A stretch of 64,000 nt of DNA from Vicugna vicugna (lineage: Eukaryota): contig MU058781.1 of assembly GCA_013265495.1 (NCBI GenBank), forward strand, positions 3,721,050 to 3,785,049. Reading direction: 5' to 3'. A model generated the notes under the pieces. That model was not told the DNA's origin, made no database searches, and saw nothing but the letters and a program-made list of their open reading frames with translations. Of this stretch, positions 13,560 through 26,820 are shown one piece after another. Made by a program: the position numbers and the translations under genes. Numbering within the stretch: position 1 is the stretch's first letter; every line of letters starts with the position of its first letter.

Positions 13560-16500
13560 TGAAAGTGCGTATCACATACAGAGAAAGGTAAAAACAAATT
13601 CACACATAAGTACATTATAGACTATCAGTACAAACAATATCCTAAAAGTTTCCAAAGAAAAAGGCAGATTACCTCTGAAGGAATGACAATTAGACTGACA
13701 GCTGACTTCTCCCCAGCAACAGCTGATGAGTGTAAACAATGGCACAGAGTACTGAAGGGAAAGACTGCCAATCTGGAACTTAATTCCCAGGTAAAGTATT
13801 ACTCAAGAAGGAGAGCAACTAAGATATTTTAAGGCATTATAAAGCTAATGCTTTACTATCCACAAATGTTCACTAAAGGACTATTTGGGATAGAGTTTAG
13901 CAGAAAAACAAGTGAAAAACAGAAGAAATGCATAAGACAGAGAAACAATAAGGAGCAAAGAAAATGATGGCATTTTCTAAAATTACTTGCTGAAAAAAAT
14001 ACTATAAAGAATTTTAAAAATCTGTAATCCAGTCATAATATGCTAGAATACAATTCAAAATTACTTGACATGCAAAGACACAGCAAAACATGACTCATAT
14101 TCACAAGAAAAGACAAACAAAAGAGAATGACTGAGACTATCAAGTAATTGGAATTAGCAGCTAAAATAGTTAAAGCAGTTGTTGTTACAATGCTCAAGGA
14201 TGGAAATGGAAATATACTTGTACTGAATGAAATGAAATTTTACAAACAAGAAACAATTTTTTAAAATGGAAATTTTGGAGCTGAAATATATTTCAAATAA
14301 GCATTTACTAATGTACCTAATGGCACACTGGAAATGGCAAAATGAGTAAGTAAATATGAAGACAAAACTAATACGAAGAACAGAGGAAAAAATACTGATG
14401 GAATAAAAAGTGAGTCCCTGGGGCAGTATCAAAAAAAGTCTAAAATACATGTAACCAAAGTCCCACAAGAAGAAAAAAAGACAACGGAACAAAAAAAATA
14501 GAGAAAAGTTTCCCAAATTGGGTAAAATAAAAAAATTTACAGAGTCAAAAAGCATGGCAAACCTCAGCAGGTTAAGTACAAAGAAAGGAACACCGAGGTG
14601 CAAATCACAGCCACACGGCTGGAAACTAAAAATGAAGAGAAAGGATTAAATGCAGCCAGAAAAAGAATGATACATTACTTCCATGGAAACACTAAGCTGA
14701 ATTTTTACTGACTTCTCACAAGAAAATATGAAGGCCATAAGACAGTGGAACAAAATATTTCAAAGAACAGTAAAGGGGGACGGAAATCCATGCCAACACA
14801 GGGTGTTATATTCAGGGAAATATCCTTCAAGAATGAAAGCGAAATAAAAATTCTCAGATAAAAGGAAAAGAATGTGTTACCGGCAGTCCTACACTAAGAA
14901 AAATGTTAAAGAAAATCTGGCAAACTGAAAGGCATCAGATAGATATACCATGTATCTATATCATATACGAAGGTATATCAGATAGATACCTGGATTTTCA
15001 AGGAATGAAAAGCACTGAAAATGGCGCCAGCATGTATACATAATAAAAGATCACTTTCATTCTTAATTTTCTTAAAACATGTATGACTCCTTAAAGCAAA
15101 AATAACATGTATTGTGCAGTTCATAAGATATATAGATGTAGTATCTATGGCAACCTCAGCAAGAAGGACAGGAAGAGGGGAACCTGTATGATTCCAAGTT
15201 TCTGTGTTTTATGTGAAATAGTAAAACATCAATTCTCAGTAAATTGTAAAATAGGGGATGTATACTAAAACCTTTAGAGTAACCACTAAAAAACTGTGAA
15301 GAGATATTAAAAAGTCAGTTGGTAAATTAAAATGGAATTCTAGTAGTATACCAAAAGGATGATACACCTACCAAGTAGTAGTTAATCCAGGAACACAACA
15401 TTGGTTTATATTCAAAACACCAATCAATGTACTTTACCAAATTAGGAGAAAACCCAAGTGATCATTTAAATAGTGGTAGGAAAAACATTTGACGAAATTC
15501 AACACCCATTCACAATAAAAACTCTAAGCCAACTAGAAATACAGGGGAAGTTCATCAATCTACATTTACAAAAAACCTACAGCTAGCATACTTAATAGTT
15601 AAATACTGAAAGCTATTTCTGTACGATCAAGAACAAGGTAAGAGTAACAGCTCTCACCATTTCTATTCAACGTAGTACTAAAACCCTAGGCATTTCAATA
15701 TGCCAAGACAGAGAAATAAAAGGCATAAATGAAAAAGAAAGAAATCTTACTTTATTTGTAGATGACATGACTTTAACAAAAGAAAATCTTAAAACACACA
15801 AAATAATCAGAATTAATACGTGAATTTAACAGGGTTGCAGGATACAAAGTTACTATATAAAAAACCTACTGTTATTTGTATATACTGGTAGCAAACACTA
15901 AGAAAGTAAAATTTTAAAAACAATTACATCTACAACAGCACCAGAAAAACAAAATATTTGAAAATTGAGCAAAAGGCAGTAAGATTTCTCTGCTGAAAAC
16001 TACTGAACACTGATGAGGGGAATTAAAGAAGACATAAATTAATGGAGAGACATGCCATCTGTATGGTCTAGAAGACTCAGTATTATTGGGCTGCAATTCT
16101 CTCCAAATTGATCTCTAGAATCAATGCAATCCAAATTATACTCACACTAGGTGGTTTCTGTAAAAACTGACAAAATGATTCTCACCTTTATACAGAAATG
16201 CACAGGATCTAAAAATATCCAAAGAAAGTTTGAAAAAGAATACAGTTGTAGGACTCCACTATCTGACCCCAAGATTTACTATAAACCTGAGTAATCAAGA
16301 CAGTACATGGCACTGGCACTAAGGATAAACAAATAAATCAATGGAATGGATTAAGAGTGAGCCCAAAAAGAGATCCACACTTACACAGTCATGTAATATT
16401 TTACAGGGGTGCCGAAACAATCCAAAAGGGTAAGGAAAGTTTTTCTAACAAAAAGTGGTAGAACTGACAAACATTTGCAAAAAGGGAACATTAATCTCTG

Positions 16501-18040
16501 TCTCACACAACATATAAAACTCAACTGAACATGGCTTATAGTCCTAAACAGTAAGTTAAAACTATAAAGCTTCTAAAAGAAAACATGTTAAAATATCTTA
16601 GTGACTTGGGGATCAAGCAAATATTCATTAGGACAAAGGAAGCAAGAACCATAAAATAATAAACTCATAAATTAGACTTCAGCAAAATTAAAAGCTGCTA
16701 AAAAGACCTAAGACAATCCAATTTTTCTAAATAGACAAAAGATCTGAATAGACACTTGACAAAATAGGATACTGCAAATAACCAAGAAGCACATGAAACT
16801 GCTACACACTATTAGTCATTAGGGAAACGCAAATTAAAACCACACTGAGATAGTACCATACATGGTCAAAATCTAAGACTGACAAGACTGATACTGCCAA
16901 GGATATGGCACAATAAGAACTTCAATACACTGCTGGTGGAAATGTAAAATGGTACAACCTCTTCGGAACAATGGCAGGCAGTTTCTCATAAGACTGAACG
17001 TGTACTTACCCCAAGACCCAGCAAACCCACTCATAAGAGAAATGAAGCCACACGTGTACCTAAAGACTCATACAGATATGTTCATGAGAGCTTTCTTCAC
17101 AATGAGATCAATCTGAAATAGCCTGGGTATCTATCAACAAATAAATGGATATACAAATTGTGGTATGTCTTACTCAGAAATAAAAAGGAAAATGAATTAC
17201 TGATATACATAACACAGATGATCTAAAAAATGTCGTACTGAATCAAGGAAGCCTTACAAGAGTATTGCTATATGATTCCTTTTACAGGCATACCTCATTT
17301 TACTGTGTTTCACAGATACTGAAGTTTTTTGGGTTTTTTTTTTTCTTTAACACATTGCAGGTCTGTGGTAACCATGCATCGAGCAAGTCTATCAGCACTG
17401 ATTCTCTAACAGCATGTGCTCACTTCATGTCTGTGTCACACTGTTAATTCCTGTAATATTTCAAACTTTTTCATTATTATTAGCATTTTTAAGCAATAAA
17501 GTATTTCTAAATTAAGGTGTAGTAGACTTACTATGATATCATGCTACTGCACACTTAATAGACTACAGTATAATGTAAACATAACTTACATGCACTGGGA
17601 AACCAAAAACTTCATGTGACTCACTTTGCTTCATTGTGGTGGTCTAAAACAGAACCTGCAATACCTCTGAGGTGTGCCTGTATAAAAAGTTCTGGAACAG
17701 GCGAAGTGAAAATAATAGTCACCTCTGAGAGGGTGAGAACAAGGCCTAAATGGGAACAAGTATGAAAGGACATTTCCAAGGATGATGGTATAGCTCTGCT
17801 TTTCACCAGGAGCTTGCACTACCCAAGTGTGTAAACATCTGCAAAACTCATCAAATGGCACACTTAAAAGATAAGTGCATTTCACTGCGTGTAAATTTTA
17901 CAATGATGAAAAAAAGAGCAATAAACAAGTATCAAATTTTAATTAACGATATGCATGCTGTAGAAGTTAAAAGTTAACTCTACTTACTTTGAAATGCATC
18001 AAAAAAAAGATGGATCAATGAATGGACAGATATGGGATAG
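13560..18040 (+). mobile_element. Stacked old L1M pieces (two ORF1-like segments, ORF2, 3' UTR) hosting the Tigger1 derivative
   Basis: ORF1 motif GACTTCTC at about 13704 and 14710; ORF2 motifs CATTTGACGAAATTCAACACCC and GCAGATGACAT-like GTAGATGACATG; L1M 3' UTR; no intact ORF. Confidence 0.8.
17285..17680 (+). mobile_element. Tigger1-derived non-autonomous DNA transposon
   Basis: TIRs CAGGCATACCTC ... GAGGTGTGCCTG flanked by TA on both sides; interrupts an L1 3' UTR. Confidence 0.88.
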
Positions 18041-18048
18041 AGCAATTA

Positions 18049-18470
18049 CAGTCAGTTCTGGTATTATGTGACATTTGAGTTTCTTAAAATCACTGCACTA
18101 TACATCATGCAATAAAAAACCACAAAGCTTATGGAGGAACTGGGGTTAAGAGCAAAACATTCAAAAACTTCATCAGTATCATATTTTTAAAAAAAGATAA
18201 GACCCAAATAAAACCACTAAAATTCAATAAAAACGATTTTACACATGCTGAATTGTCAAGAAATACACAAATAGCGCAATAAATATAGCACTTTACACTG
18301 AAAAAGACCCAAAGTTTACTTGGGGAAGTGGATGACGTAGGACTGCAGCCTGTGAGTTACTGTGAAGTGGTGGAAGGAGTTATGTGACGGGAAATTTGCA
18401 ACACCAGATGTAGATGGGTGCGGCTCATAACAAAAAAGTGAACCAAGATACTGGCAGATGTTGGAGGTGT
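18049..18470 (+). mobile_element. MER82-like (TcMar-Tigger) fragment
   Basis: TA|CAGTCAGTTCTG start; body resembles the recalled MER82 consensus; truncated. Confidence 0.7.
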
Positions 18471-19059
18471 TGCATGACATATAAAAACAAGCTCAAATTC
18501 AATAGCAGTGAGGGAATGGAAAGATTTATTTGAGTACATGGACAAGAAATTTATTATTGTGATGCTATGTGTTTAGAAGTGGAAATGGACATGAAGATTT
18601 TTTAGATCAATTTATCAGTACAAATAATTTTAAATTATACATTATTAGCACTTCTAAGTAAGTAACAGTTGTGCCAAAGAGCAAATAACAGAGACTAAGA
18701 AGATTAGTTTGATTTAATTCCTATTACAGACAGATTTAAGTTTTACTATATTGTTTGTCTGATCTGTTCTCTCCATCATCCTTTTCTGTGATCTTTGTAT
18801 TTTTCTATTTTATGATCTTTCTTACTTTTTGCCATATATTTTGGTATTGTATAAGTGAGTATCATCATAAGTTTTTAAAAGCTGCACCTTTAATATATTA
18901 CATCCTTGACTGCATTAGTATATTTATCAAATGCTGACAATGCAACACATAACTTTTCAAAACCTGTTTATCTCTTCCTATATGTTTTGATACTATGGTC
19001 ATAATTTACCTCTTTATATGTCACAAACTAAACAGAATCATGTTGTATTATTAACCCAA

Positions 19060-22000
19060 TTAGACCAACAAGCTTCTCATCAGAAAACATGGAAGCCCAA
19101 AGGCAGTGGGATGACATACTGCAATTGCTGAAAGAAAAAACTATAAACCAACAATCCTGTATCCAGTAAAACTATACTTCAAAAATGAAGAAATTAAGAC
19201 ATTCCTAAACAACAAAAACAAAGAATCTGTCACTAGCAGTCCTACACTATACAAAATAATACGGTGCAAAAGAGAGGAAACTAGACAGTTACACAAACAC
19301 GTACAAAGGAATAAAGAACATCAGTAAAGATGACTGCATAGGTAAATATAAAAGGCAGCATAAATATATGTTTTTTGTAACTCTGCTCTCTCCTATCTAA
19401 CTTAAAATGACACAAAGCAATAATTATAACTCTCTGGGCTAAAACTATTTAAACATACAATTTTATGTCAATAAGAAGAAAAAGAAGGGAGAAAATACAG
19501 ATATTATGGAGCTAGGTTTAATATATTATTGGAATTAAGTTGATATTAATCCAAATTATATTGTTTTGAGTTAGGATGTTATCTGAGGAATCCTCCGGAG
19601 CAACCACTAAGAAAATAACTCAAAAACTACAGAAAAGAAACCCCAATGAAATTAAAAGGTACACCAAAAAGTCTACTTCAAACAAAAGAAAATAACATAA
19701 GAAAAAAGTGACGTAAGACCAAAATGGCAGGCATAAGTTCTACCTTATCAGTAATCACAATTAATGCAAATAGGTAAATTCATCCAATCAAATGGTAGAG
19801 TTTCACAGAACAGATTTTTCTTTTTCTAAAGATCCGATGAGATGTTGTCTGTGGAGACATTTTAGATTTGAACACACAAATAGGTTGAAATTAAAAGGAG
19901 AGAAAAATAAATACCATGCAAATAGGAATCAAATGAGAGCTGAACTAATACCAGATAAAACAGACTTTAAGACAGAAGTTGTTACTAGAAATAAAACAAT
20001 ATATTTATCATGATAAAATGGTTAACATATCAAGAAGACATAAAAATTAAACACAAATTCAAACCTAATAACAGACCCCTAAAATATTAAAGCTAAAACT
20101 CAAGAATTAGGGAGAAACACACAATTTATCATAATGGTTGGAGACTTCAATACCTACTTCCAATAATGGACAAAACAACCAAACAGAAGATCAAATAGAA
20201 ATGTAAAACTTCAATATAACTGGAAAGAACCAGAACTAACAGTTACAGAACTTGCTGCCAACCACAGTAGAATACACATGCTCAAGTGCACACAGATCTT
20301 CCAGGATGTATTAGGCCATAAAACAAGCCTCAATACATTAAAAAAAAAATTGAAATCATACATAATATATTCTCCAACCACAAGAAAATTAAATTAGAAA
20401 TCACAAACAGAAGGATTTTTGGAATGTACACAAATGTGTGGGTACTAAACAACACACTCCTAAAAAAAAATATACAACAAAGAAATCGCAAAGAAAATTT
20501 TAAAATATTTAGTAATGAATGAGAATGAAAACACAACAGACCAAAATTTGTAAGATGTAGCTAAAGTAGTTCTTAGAAGGAAATTTATAGCTGCAATTGC
20601 CTGTAATAAAAAAAGAAAGATCTTTAATGAATAATCCAACCCTCAACCTTGAGAAACTAGAAGAATAAACTATTAAACCTGAAACAGGCAACAGGAAGGA
20701 AACCATAAAGAGTAGAGCAGCAATAAAATAGAGACCAGAAAAATAACAGAATCAATTAACAAAAAAATTGGTTCCACTAAGCAAGAAAAAAAAAAGACTC
20801 TAATTACTAAAAATCAGGAATAAAAGTAGAAATATTACTGCCAAACTAAAAAAGACTATTAGGAAATAAAAAAAGATTATAAGAAAATACTATATAGCAA
20901 CAAATATGTAATTTTAAATGAACAAACTCCTAGAAAGTCACAAACTATCAAAACTGATTAGCAATCTTAAAACTTCCCACAAAGAAAAGCCCATGCTCAG
21001 AGATGGCTTCACTGGTGAATTCTACTAAACATAGGAAGAAAAATGATCACCAATCCTTCTCAGACTCTTCTTACCCCAAAAGTTAGAAACACTAACTAAT
21101 TCTACAAGGCCAGTGGTACCCTCTTGCCAAAATTAGATAAAAATATCATAAGAAAACAACAGAAAAATATCCTTTGTGAACACAGATGCACAAATCCTCA
21201 ACAAATTACTAGCAAACCAAACCCAGCAACACACAAAAAGGATTATACACCATGACCAAGAGGAATTAATGCCAGGAATAAAAGGACGGTTTAGAAACAG
21301 AATCAATGTAATACACTATATTTAAACAGAATAAAGGATAAAATCCACATGATCATCTCAACAGACATTAAAAAAAAGAATTAAGACAAAATCCATCACC
21401 CTTTCCTGATAAAGATACTCAATTAATCAGAAATAAAAGGGAATCTCCCAACCTGATAAACATCATATTTAATGGTAAGAGACTGCTCTTCCCTTAAAAT
21501 CATGAACAAGAAAAAGATATCCTCTTTTATTACTTCTATTCAACATGGTACTGGAGGTTCCAGCCTGGGCAATAAAGCATGAAAAATAAATTAAAAGCAC
21601 CAGATTGTTAAGGAAAGAGTAAATATCCTCTATTCACATATAACATTATTTTGTATATAAAAATTCAAAAAAATCCTTACCAAAATACTATTAAAATCGA
21701 TATACAAGTTCAGCAAGATTGCAGGATATAAGTTCAATATGAAAAAATCAATTTTATTTCTATACACTAGCAATGAACAATTTAAATTTAAGAAAACAAT
21801 TCCATTTACAATAGAATAAAAAAAATCTATAAATAAGCTTAATAAAACAGTACAAGACTTGAATACTAAAAACTACAAAACATTGAAAGAAATGAAAGCA
21901 CAGCTAGCCAAGTAAATGGATAGGCAACCATGTCCATGGATTGGAAGAATTAATATTAGTTAATATTGTTAAGACAGCAATATTCCTCTAATTAATCTAG

Positions 22001-23640
22001 AGATTCAAGGCAATATCTATCAAAAGTCTAACTCATTTTTCTTCAGGAACTGACAAACTGATCCTGAAACTCATATTGCAATGGGGCCCAGAAGAGCCAA
22101 AACAATTTTGAAAAGGAAGAACAAAATTAGAGGACTCACACAACCCAATTTTAAAACTCACTATAAAGTTACAGTAATCAAGAGAGTGTATTATTGGCTT
22201 AAGCACAGACATATATACTAATGCAATAAAATTTAGAATCTAGAAATTAATGTGGGGATATAGCTCAGTGGTAGAGTGTGCTTGGCATGCACAAGGTCCT
22301 GGGTTCAATACCCACTACCTCCATTAAAATAACTAAATAAATAAATAAACCTAATCCATCCCCCAAACAGAAATTAACACTGACATTTATGATAAATTGA
22401 TTTTGACAATTCAAAAGGGGAAAGAATAGTTTTTTCAATAAATGGTTTGGGGACAACTGGATATATCTATGCAAAACAACAAAGGTGAATCAATACCTCA
22501 CAACATATTCAAAAATTAACTCAAAAATGGAATCAAGAGCTAAGAGGAAAGGCCAAAACCGTAAACTCTTAGACAAAAATATTGGACTAAATATTCATGA
22601 CCTTCAATTAGGCAATGGTTTCTTAGATATGACACCAAAAACACAAGCAAGGAAAGAAAAAGATAAACTAGACTTCATAAAAATTAAAAATTTTGTCCTT
22701 CAAAGGACACCATCAAGGAGGTAAAAAGACAACCCAAAGAATAGGAGAAAGTATATGCAAATCATATAGGTGACAGGTTATTTCTATCCAGAACATATAA
22801 ACAACTCTTAGAACTCAACTATGAAAAGAAAACCTAACCAAAAAGTGGGCAAGGGATCTGAATAGACATTTCTCCAAAGACGATATACAAGTGACCAATA
22901 AGCACATGAAAAGATGCTCAACATCATTAATCACTAGGAAATGCAAATCAAAACTACTATAAGGTTTTACTTTGTACACACTAGGATGGCTAGAATCAAG
23001 AAGACATTTTGCTAGGATGTGGAGAACTTAAAACTTTCTCAGCTGGTGGCAATGTAAAATAGCATAACCACTTTGGAAAACAGTCTGGCAGTTCCTCAAA
23101 ATGGTAATCATAGTTTCCCTATAAACCATTAATTCAACTCCTAGGTATCTATCCAGGAAAAATGAAAACATATCCACTCAAAAATGTTACACAAATGTTC
23201 CTAACAGCATTTTTCATAACAGCCAAAAAGTGTTTCTACCTATTGATGAATAGATAAACAAAATGTAATATAGCTTTGCAATGGAATATTACTTGGCAAC
23301 AAAAAGAAATGGAGCACTGATAAACACTACAGCATGAACAAACCTTGAAAACATTACACTAAGACAAGCCAGAAACAAAAGGTCACATATTATATGACGC
23401 CACTTATATAAAATGTTCATTATAGGCAAATCCACAGAAACAAAATAGATAAGTGGTTGCCTAGGACTAGGAGTCCTAGATATAACAGGATTTCTCTGTC
23501 AGGTGATGAAAATGTTCTAAAATTAGACAGTGGTAAAGGTTACACAATTCTGTAAAGATACTAAAAACTACCAAAGATGCTTTTAAGGGTGAATTTTTAA
23601 GGGTATGTGAATTATGTCTCCATAAAACCCTGACTAAAAC
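19060..23640 (+). mobile_element. About 4.5-kb L1M (MA/MB-like): ORF1 end, degraded ORF2 (EN-RT), 3' UTR
   Basis: GGAGACTTCAATACC (EN), GATGGCTTCACTGGTGAATTCTAC, CACATGATCATCTCAACAGA (RT), L1MB-type 3' UTR; many stops and frameshifts. Confidence 0.9.
22251..22368 (+). mobile_element. tRNA-derived SINE (Vic-1-like), inserted in L1 ORF2
   Basis: A box TAGCTCAGTGG, B box GGTTCAATACC, (TAAA)n tail; TSD AGAAATTAA at 22242-22250 and 22369-22377. Confidence 0.85.
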
Positions 23641-23644
23641 ATTA

Positions 23645-25490
23645 ACAAGAGGACTTCTGGCTTCAGCTCTGATATGTAAAAAGACTGAAATCTGTTACTC
23701 CCATTCTCACAAGAAAAGAAGATGAACAAATGTAAAGCAACAGCTCTCCCTAGATTCATCAGAAAACTGAGTTCACAGTGCAAAATGCCTTCAGGAAAAT
23801 GGAAAAGACAAGTGAATATGGAGAATGAGAGCTGAGCAGGAGCCTCTGAAGACAGTTTAGAGAAATACTTTAAAGGTAACTGATGAATTGCTGGAGGCTG
23901 ATTGTAAACCAGCTGGAGCTGTAGAACTCTTAGGTTCTGGTCTTAGAGAAGCCTCCATATATTCATGAACTCTACCAGGTTATCATTAAAAAAAAATCCC
24001 TTCCAGTTTTGTGCTCAGGGAGAGTTAAAGTAACCATTTTGAGATATACCCAGAACAATCTGTTCTCTTTAACTAAGACCTGCCTTTTTGACCTAGAGGA
24101 AGGGCAGTTAGACAACTCCAGTCACAGCTAGCCTTCCTGACCGAAGTAAGGGGAGAGGGGAAAAGACTGAACTCTTTCAAAGGGACTCTGGTCCACTTCA
24201 ACCACTGGTATTTAATCGTAAGTTACAGAACACTTCCGTTCCCAGTACCCATATCACCACATCAACAAGGCTCCAGTATAAAAACAAATTACAACTGAGA
24301 GAGCTGAAAGACACACTATTTAAGGAGCTTCTAGGGAAGCCCCAAACAGCAGGGAAAACAAAAACAAGGAAACTAGAGGTAAATGAAGCTCTGACATCTA
24401 CAGACAATATAAACAAGTAGCAAACATTAAACACAGCCTAACTCCTAGCCAGATAATTATAACACCTCACATTAAAGATCTATTTACCCAAGTTCCTACT
24501 ACTCAATAAATCATGTAATTGTCAACAACAACAAAAAATGCAAAAAAAAACCCACCAAGACATATTAAAATATTGGTTCTGTAAAGAAAAATCTTTTGGG
24601 CTTCCAAGTCTCTGTAAGAGAAAAAAGAAAATGGTTTAAGACTTTGACAATACTTCATATCCAGGTCCATGGGGCTCAAGAAAATATAAACCAGGGATTT
24701 TACATCCAATCAAACCTTCAGATATAATGGGTATAACGGTCAGAAGCAAATGTTAAGAACCAGAGAGAATTTAATACCATTCCCATGAGCTCTCCCTGAG
24801 CTCTTTAGTAAAGAATGAGTTTCAAGGGGGAGAGTGCAGTTCAAGTGGTAGAGTGCATGCTTAGCACACCCAAGGTCCGGAGTTCAATCCCCAGTACCTC
24901 CTCCAAAAATAAATAAATAAGCAAACCTAATTACCTCCCCTCCAAGGAGAAAAAAAAAAAGAATGAGCTTCAAACAATCAAAAAACTCTAAGAGAAGCTT
25001 TGGGATAAGATCTGGTGGTGATACATACTGACTTTAGAACTAACACTAAACAATAAGGTAACAGAGTTGTGTACGCAAATGTTTGTGCCATATGTGTGTG
25101 TATGTGTGTATTAACAAAATGGAGTAGGGGAGAGTTTACTAAAAATGGAATGATTTATTGACACACTAGACTACCTAGATGAATCTCAAATGCGTTGTGC
25201 TAAGTGGAAAAATAAAAAGGTTACGTTTATATGACATTTCCATTTATATGACATATGACATTCTGATTTCAAAAGGAAAAACTACAGAAACAGAACAGAT
25301 CAGTTGCTGGCAGGAGTCAGGGGCCGAGGGAATTTTGGGACATGAGGGAATTGTTCTTGATCTTGATTATGGTGGCTGTTTTACGATTCTATGCATCTGT
25401 CAAAACCCACAGACCGACACCACCACCCCCAAAAGTGAATTTTACTGCATGTGAATCAATAATAAATTTTTAAATGCCAGAAAAAAAAAA
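23645..25490 (+). mobile_element. Old L1 5'-region, HAL1-like and L1ME 3' fragments
   Basis: GAGGACTTCTGGCTTCAGCTC L1M 5'-like start; ORF1-like segment at 24580-25020; L1 3' end with AATAAA/polyA at about 25460-25490. Confidence 0.55.
24826..24957 (+). mobile_element. tRNA-derived SINE (Vic-1-like)
   Basis: tRNA-like head, CCTAATTACCTCCCC, polyA; 16-nt TSD AAAGAATGAG(T/C)TTCAA at 24810-24825 and 24958-24973. Confidence 0.88.
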
Positions 25491-26659
25491 AGAAAGAAAG
25501 AAGGAAAGATTCTAGGGAAGAGAGAAGGAAAGGTCAAGAAGAGGTTAGTAGCTAATTCCATCATTGCTCATAAAAGAGAATATAAAAGAGGGGACCACAG
25601 GTACTATTACAATTCCTAAATGTAAAAATACACTAACTCCCCCACTAAAAAAAACCAAATAGACTAACTGCGTCATTAAAAAAAAAACCCAAATTCAAAA
25701 GTGACAAAAATGTTTAAGTTTCCTTTCACTCCTCTCTGCAGCTAACCACTTCCCCCATTGAGAAGCAACCAGTGTCACCAGTTACTTGTGAGATCTGTTA
25801 AAACTTTTCTATGGCATATTTGCTTATATTTTCAAAAGGAAATAATGGAAAGAAAAAACAAGAACTAGTAAAAATGGATACCTATGGGGAAAGAAGACCA
25901 GGATGAAGTGAGCCTTCTGTGAAGTGCCCTCTTGTACAGTTCTAATTTGGGAACAATGTAAATGTTCAAATGTTTTACATAATTTAAGAAAACAAAAATC
26001 AAAAGGAAAAAAAAAATAACCTCCATAAATAGAAGATAAATTTAAGTAAGTGAAACTAATGGTATGTCAAGTTGATGGCAGAAACAGAGAAAAGAATTAC
26101 TTCAAATGACTTTTAAAGCACAATATTTTGAATACCTATCCCTAGTGGGATACATTCTAAAGATAAAAATACATAAAACTAAATACATAAAAACACATTA
26201 AAAAATCATACAGTAGTGAATATTCTTTTCAGTCATAATATTAGTATGTTAATTGAGAAATATATAGTTGTGTTCAAGGACAAAGCAAATAAAAAATTGT
26301 GTCAGTAACACTAGAAACAAAGATTTCCGGAGTAAGAAAAAAGATACAAGTGTAAAATTAGAGAATTTAGGTAAAACTGATCTGGAAACTTTAACTTTGA
26401 GATGCATTAAAAAATATGATGGGTTCAGATGGACAGATTTGTGATAAAGCAAATACAGCAAAATCCTAACTCTAAAATCAAGGCAGTAGATGGGTGTTCA
26501 CTGTATTAACTCTTCTTTATGTTAGAAAACGCTGGGGAGGAAAACTGCTGAGATTCCACGCTAAGTCACAGAGAGAGCAGCACTGGGATGAAGACAACTC
26601 TTCACTGGGCTGTGCTTCCATCCCCACAGTTACTACTCTGGAACCATTTTAAACACCTT

Positions 26660-26820
26660 TTTTTTTTCCATTTTTTTTTTTTTTGGAGGGAGAGATAACT
26701 AGGTTAATTAATTAATTAATTATATTATTTATTTATTTATTTGATGGAGGCTCTGGGGATTGAACCCATGACCTCCTGCACACTAAGAATGTGCTCTCCA
26801 TTGAGCTATACCCTCCCCCC
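26660..26820 (-). mobile_element. tRNA-derived SINE (Vic-1-like)
   Basis: Reverse complement GGGGGGAGGGTATAGCTCAATGG...GGGTTCAATCCCC; TSD TTAAACA(C/T)CTT at 26649-26659 and 26821-26831. Confidence 0.88.

Noticed and set aside
22251..22325. tRNA-like sequences here and at 24826, 26750-26820 and 53409
   Set aside because: They have A-rich tails, TSDs and degenerate stems, so they are SINE heads rather than tRNA genes.
19060..23640. Possible active L1 or domesticated RT/endonuclease
   Set aside because: ORF2 is broken by many stops and frameshifts; the longest ORFs are under 80 aa.
12712..25684. GCGTCATTAAAAAAA repeated at 12712-12726 and 25670-25684, a possible TSD of a 13-kb insertion
   Set aside because: Half of the match is an A-run, and such matches are expected by chance in A-rich 64 kb. 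The enclosed elements are too old and heterogeneous to retain a perfect CpG-containing TSD.
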